Shown one piece after another: positions 41,658-44,368 of a stretch of 44,368 nt of DNA. The translations under genes and the position numbers were made by a program. The DNA comes from Pseudomonadota bacterium (GTDB lineage Bacteria > Pseudomonadota > Alphaproteobacteria > UBA6615): contig JAQCFD010000002.1 of NCBI GenBank assembly GCA_027618305.1, forward strand, positions 1 through 44,368, written 5' to 3'. The notes under the pieces are model-generated. The model searched no databases and was not told the DNA's origin. It worked only from the letters and a program-made list of their open reading frames with translations. The number at the start of each line of letters is the position of its first letter. The first letter of the stretch is position 1.

Positions 41658-42957
41658 CACCGGCCAGAACCCCAGCCGAAGTCTCGACCGCAAATCCGTC
41701 GGGGCCTGGTGCGTTTATGACTGGGCAAACTCGCCCTTTCCGGCGATCGTCCTGACCTTCGTCATCCCGGCCTATTTCACCCAGGCGGTGATTGATGATC
41801 CGGCGACGGCGACAACCATGTGGGCGATCATGACCGGGACTGCGGCGCTTGCGATTGCGGTGCTGAGCCCGCTCCTCGGTGCCATTGCGGATCAGGGCCG
41901 CCGCCGCAAACCGTGGCTTGGCGTGTTCACGCTCATCATGGCGCTGGGTTCGGCGCTGCTCTGGTTCGTGCGCCCGGACCCGGATCACGCGATGCTGCTG
42001 CTGATACTGGTCGGGGTCAGCGTTGTCGCGTTCGAGCTGTCGATGGTGTTCTACAACGCGCTGCTGCCCACGCTCGTCCCGCCTCGCTGGCTCGGGCGAA
42101 TTTCGGGCTGGGCGTGGGGTCTGGGGGATTTCGGCGGTGTCGGCGGGCTGTTGCTCGTGCTGTTTGGTTTCGTCCAGGCGGACCCGCCGCCGTTAGGGCT
42201 GGATGATACCGGGGCGGCGCTGGAGCATATCCGGATATCAGGCCCGATTGTCGCGCTCTGGCTACTGGTCTTCTGCATTCCGCTGTTCGTTTGGACCGGT
42301 GACCCGCGCGGGCGTGGACTGGACGCGGGAGCGGCAATCCGGTCCGGTCTGTCGGAACTGCGTTCGACGCTTGCGGGTCTGCGGCGCCACCCCCAACTGT
42401 GGCGCTACCTGCTGGCGCGGATGATCTTCACCGACGGGCTGAACACGTTGTTCGCGTTTGGCGGGGTGTTTGCGGCGGGGACCTTCGGGATGTCCGTGGC
42501 CGAGGTGATCATGTTCGGGTTGATCCTGAATGTGACGGCCGGGGGTGGGGCGTTTGTGTTCGGCTGGATCGACGACCGGATCGGCGCCAAGCGCACGATC
42601 CTCCTGGGGCTGTGCGGGCTGGTGGTCGTGGGCGTGCCCCTGTTGCTGGTCGAATCGAAACTCGCCTTTGTCATCCTGGGCGCGATCCTCGGCATCTTCT
42701 TCGGCCCGGTTCAGGCCGCCAGTCGATCCCTCATGGCGCGCATGATCCCGGTGGGCGCCGAAGGGGAAATGTTCGGTCTCTATGCGCTGTCCGGCAAGGC
42801 CACGGCCTTCGTCGGGCCATGGCTGGTGGCGTTGATCACGGCGATGACCGGCAGCCAGCGCTGGGGCATGGCCAGCGTGCTACCGTTTCTGGTGATCGGC
42901 GGCCTGCTGCTCTGGCTGACCGTGCGGGATGTTCCGGCGGACCGCCCGAGCCGCTGA
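41647..42957 (+). CDS. MFS transporter of the UMF1/ATG22-like type
   Basis: SVGAWCVYDWANSPFPAIVLTFVIPAYF is the characteristic N-terminus of this subfamily, with 12 TM helices. The ATG at 41647 overlaps the end of the preceding gene; the track start 41557 is an extension. Confidence 0.8.
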   Translation: MTADTGQNPSRSLDRKSVGAWCVYDWANSPFPAIVLTFVIPAYFTQAVIDDPATATTMWAIMTGTAALAIAVLSPLLGAIADQGRRRKPWLGVFTLIMALGSALLWFVRPDPDHAMLLLILVGVSVVAFELSMVFYNALLPTLVPPRWLGRISGWAWGLGDFGGVGGLLLVLFGFVQADPPPLGLDDTGAALEHIRISGPIVALWLLVFCIPLFVWTGDPRGRGLDAGAAIRSGLSELRSTLAGLRRHPQLWRYLLARMIFTDGLNTLFAFGGVFAAGTFGMSVAEVIMFGLILNVTAGGGAFVFGWIDDRIGAKRTILLGLCGLVVVGVPLLLVESKLAFVILGAILGIFFGPVQAASRSLMARMIPVGAEGEMFGLYALSGKATAFVGPWLVALITAMTGSQRWGMASVLPFLVIGGLLLWLTVRDVPADRPSR

Positions 42958-42975
42958 GCCACACCCGTCGGGTGC

Positions 42976-44368
42976 CTAGTGCCGGAAGTGGCGCATGCCC
43001 GTGAAGACCATCGCGATTCCCGCCTCGTCGGCTGCCGCGATCACCTCGTCGTCGCGCACCGAACCGCCGGGCTGAATCACGGCGGTCGCCCCCGCCTCCA
43101 CGGTGGTCAGGAGCCCGTCGGGGAACGGGAAGAATGCGTCCGACGCGGCGACCGATCCGGTCGTGAGCCGTTCGGTCTCACCCGCCGCCGCGGCGGCCTC
43201 GCCTGACTTGTGGGCGGCGATGCGGGCGGCGTCCACCCGGCTCATCTGGCCCGCACCGATGCCGACCGTGGCGCCGTTCTTGGCATAGACGATGGTGTTG
43301 GACTTCACATGCTTGCCGACCGTGAAGGCGAACAGCATATCGGCGATCTCCTGATCGCTCGGCTGGCGCTTCGTCACGATCCTGAGGTCGTCGCGGGTGA
43401 TGTGACCGGCATCACGATCCTGAATCAGGAAGCCGCCGGCCAGCGGCTTCAGGAGACGCCCGGCCGCATGCGGGTCGGGCATCTCGCTGGTCAGCAGCAG
43501 GCGGAGATTTTCCTTCCCGGCGAACACCGCGCGGGCATCCGCATCGGCATCGGGTGCGATGACGACCTCGGTGAAGATCTCCGTGATGGCCTCGGCCAGC
43601 GCACCGTTGAGGGGGCGGTTGGCGGCGACGATCCCGCCGAAGGCGCTGACCGGGTCGCATTTGCGTGCCGCGCGATAGGTGGCGACCAGGTCGGCGCCGG
43701 TGGCGACACCGCACGGGTTGGCATGCTTGATGATGGCGATCGACGGCGCGTCGAACTCGGCCACCAGTTCGAACGCCGCATCCGCGTCGCCGAGATTGTT
43801 GTAGCTGAGCTCCTTGCCCTGGACCTGCTCGGCCTGGGCAACGCCGGGCCGGGGCGCGCCGCCGATATAAAGCGCGGCTTCCTGATGGGGGTTTTCGCCA
43901 TATCGCAGGACCCCGGCGAGGCGGCCGGCGGTGACATGGGTTTCGGGAAACTTGTCCCCCAGTTCACCCGAGAGCCAGGCGGTGATCGCGCCGTCATAGG
44001 CTGCGGTCCGGGCGTAGGCCTTGGCCGCGAGGGCGCGGCGCAGGTCGGCCGGGAGCGCCCCCTTGTTGGCGTCGAGGGCCGCAATCACGTCGTCATAGTC
44101 GCCCGGATCCGTGACCACGGCGACATGGGCGTGGTTCTTGGCGGCCGCGCGGATCATCGCCGGGCCGCCGATATCGATATTCTCGACACAGTCTTCGTAA
44201 CCGGCGCCCGAGGCGACGGTGGCCTCGAAGGGGTAGAGGTTGATGACGATCAGGTCGATCGGCCCGATCCCGTGTTCGGCCATTGCGGCCTGATCCTCGG
44301 GATGGTCGCGTCGGGCGAGGATGCCGCCATGGATCTTGGGGTGCAGGGTCTTGACCCGCCCGTCCATG
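42976..44368 (-). CDS. purH: Bifunctional AICAR transformylase / IMP cyclohydrolase PurH; N-terminal ~60 aa lie outside the window
   Basis: [56 protein letters not shown] and the C-terminal FTGMRHFRH are canonical PurH blocks. The reading frame stays open to the right edge. Confidence 0.95.
   Translation of the reverse strand, partial: MDGRVKTLHPKIHGGILARRDHPEDQAAMAEHGIGPIDLIVINLYPFEATVASGAGYEDCVENIDIGGPAMIRAAAKNHAHVAVVTDPGDYDDVIAALDANKGALPADLRRALAAKAYARTAAYDGAITAWLSGELGDKFPETHVTAGRLAGVLRYGENPHQEAALYIGGAPRPGVAQAEQVQGKELSYNNLGDADAAFELVAEFDAPSIAIIKHANPCGVATGADLVATYRAARKCDPVSAFGGIVAANRPLNGALAEAITEIFTEVVIAPDADADARAVFAGKENLRLLLTSEMPDPHAAGRLLKPLAGGFLIQDRDAGHITRDDLRIVTKRQPSDQEIADMLFAFTVGKHVKSNTIVYAKNGATVGIGAGQMSRVDAARIAAHKSGEAAAAAGETERLTTGSVAASDAFFPFPDGLLTTVEAGATAVIQPGGSVRDDEVIAAADEAGIAMVFTGMRHFRH

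Noticed and set aside
1-44368. CRISPR arrays, rRNA, insertion sequences, prophage, toxin-antitoxin or known defence-system genes
   Set aside because: I found no spaced direct-repeat arrays, rRNA-like segments, transposase/integrase/recombinase signatures, or nuclease/ATPase defence hallmarks in any frame.

Overview
High-GC, densely coding chromosomal segment that looks alphaproteobacterial. I call about 45 genes plus one tRNA. There are no transposases, integrases, CRISPR arrays or rRNA. All calls come from reading the sequence and the translations; no search was run. Many long ORFs in the supplied track are antisense or 5'-extended shadows typical of GC-rich DNA, and I did not call them. Left to right: (1) a partial YbaK/ProX-type editing gene (runs off the left edge, absent from the ORF track) and tRNA-Gly(GCC) with a terminator. 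(2) An envelope module: an HTTM (vitamin-K carboxylase-like) protein with an embedded DCC thiol-disulfide oxidoreductase, a CHASE2 histidine kinase, a secreted FecR-domain protein ending in a Gly/Asn repeat, and a divergent ShlB/FhaC-type outer-membrane transporter across an AT-rich control region. (3) A Cys-nucleophile alpha/beta hydrolase, GlcG, a first TctCBA transporter and a Gfo/Idh/MocA oxidoreductase. (4) A light/oxidative-stress cluster: two paralogous 97/98-aa two-TM proteins, a VOC protein, a DCC protein, an FeS-type (6-4) photolyase-like gene, an SDR, an RpoH-family sigma factor and a dienelactone hydrolase. (5) DUF4174, Sel1-repeat, DUF1993 and bicupin genes, an ACAD-fold monooxygenase and DoxX. 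(6) A cytoplasmic NMT1/THI5-like protein and an orphan hypothetical. (7) A long minus-strand operon: FAH, cupin, a second TctCBA, a lone molybdopterin hydroxylase large subunit and an LVIVD beta-propeller. (8) The giant 1624-aa NAD-glutamate dehydrogenase, two DMT transporters, one ATG22/UMF1-type MFS transporter and a partial purH. The most interesting signals are: the CHASE2 / FecR-domain / ShlB triad, which has no TpsA cargo, ECF sigma or response regulator; an exact bipartite motif TGATCC-N16-CGTA found three times, always intergenic and pointing at a start codon, plus a degenerate copy before rpoH; a segmental duplication that copied this motif, the small membrane-protein gene and a now-decayed DCC 3' end; and the HTTM-DCC fusion.
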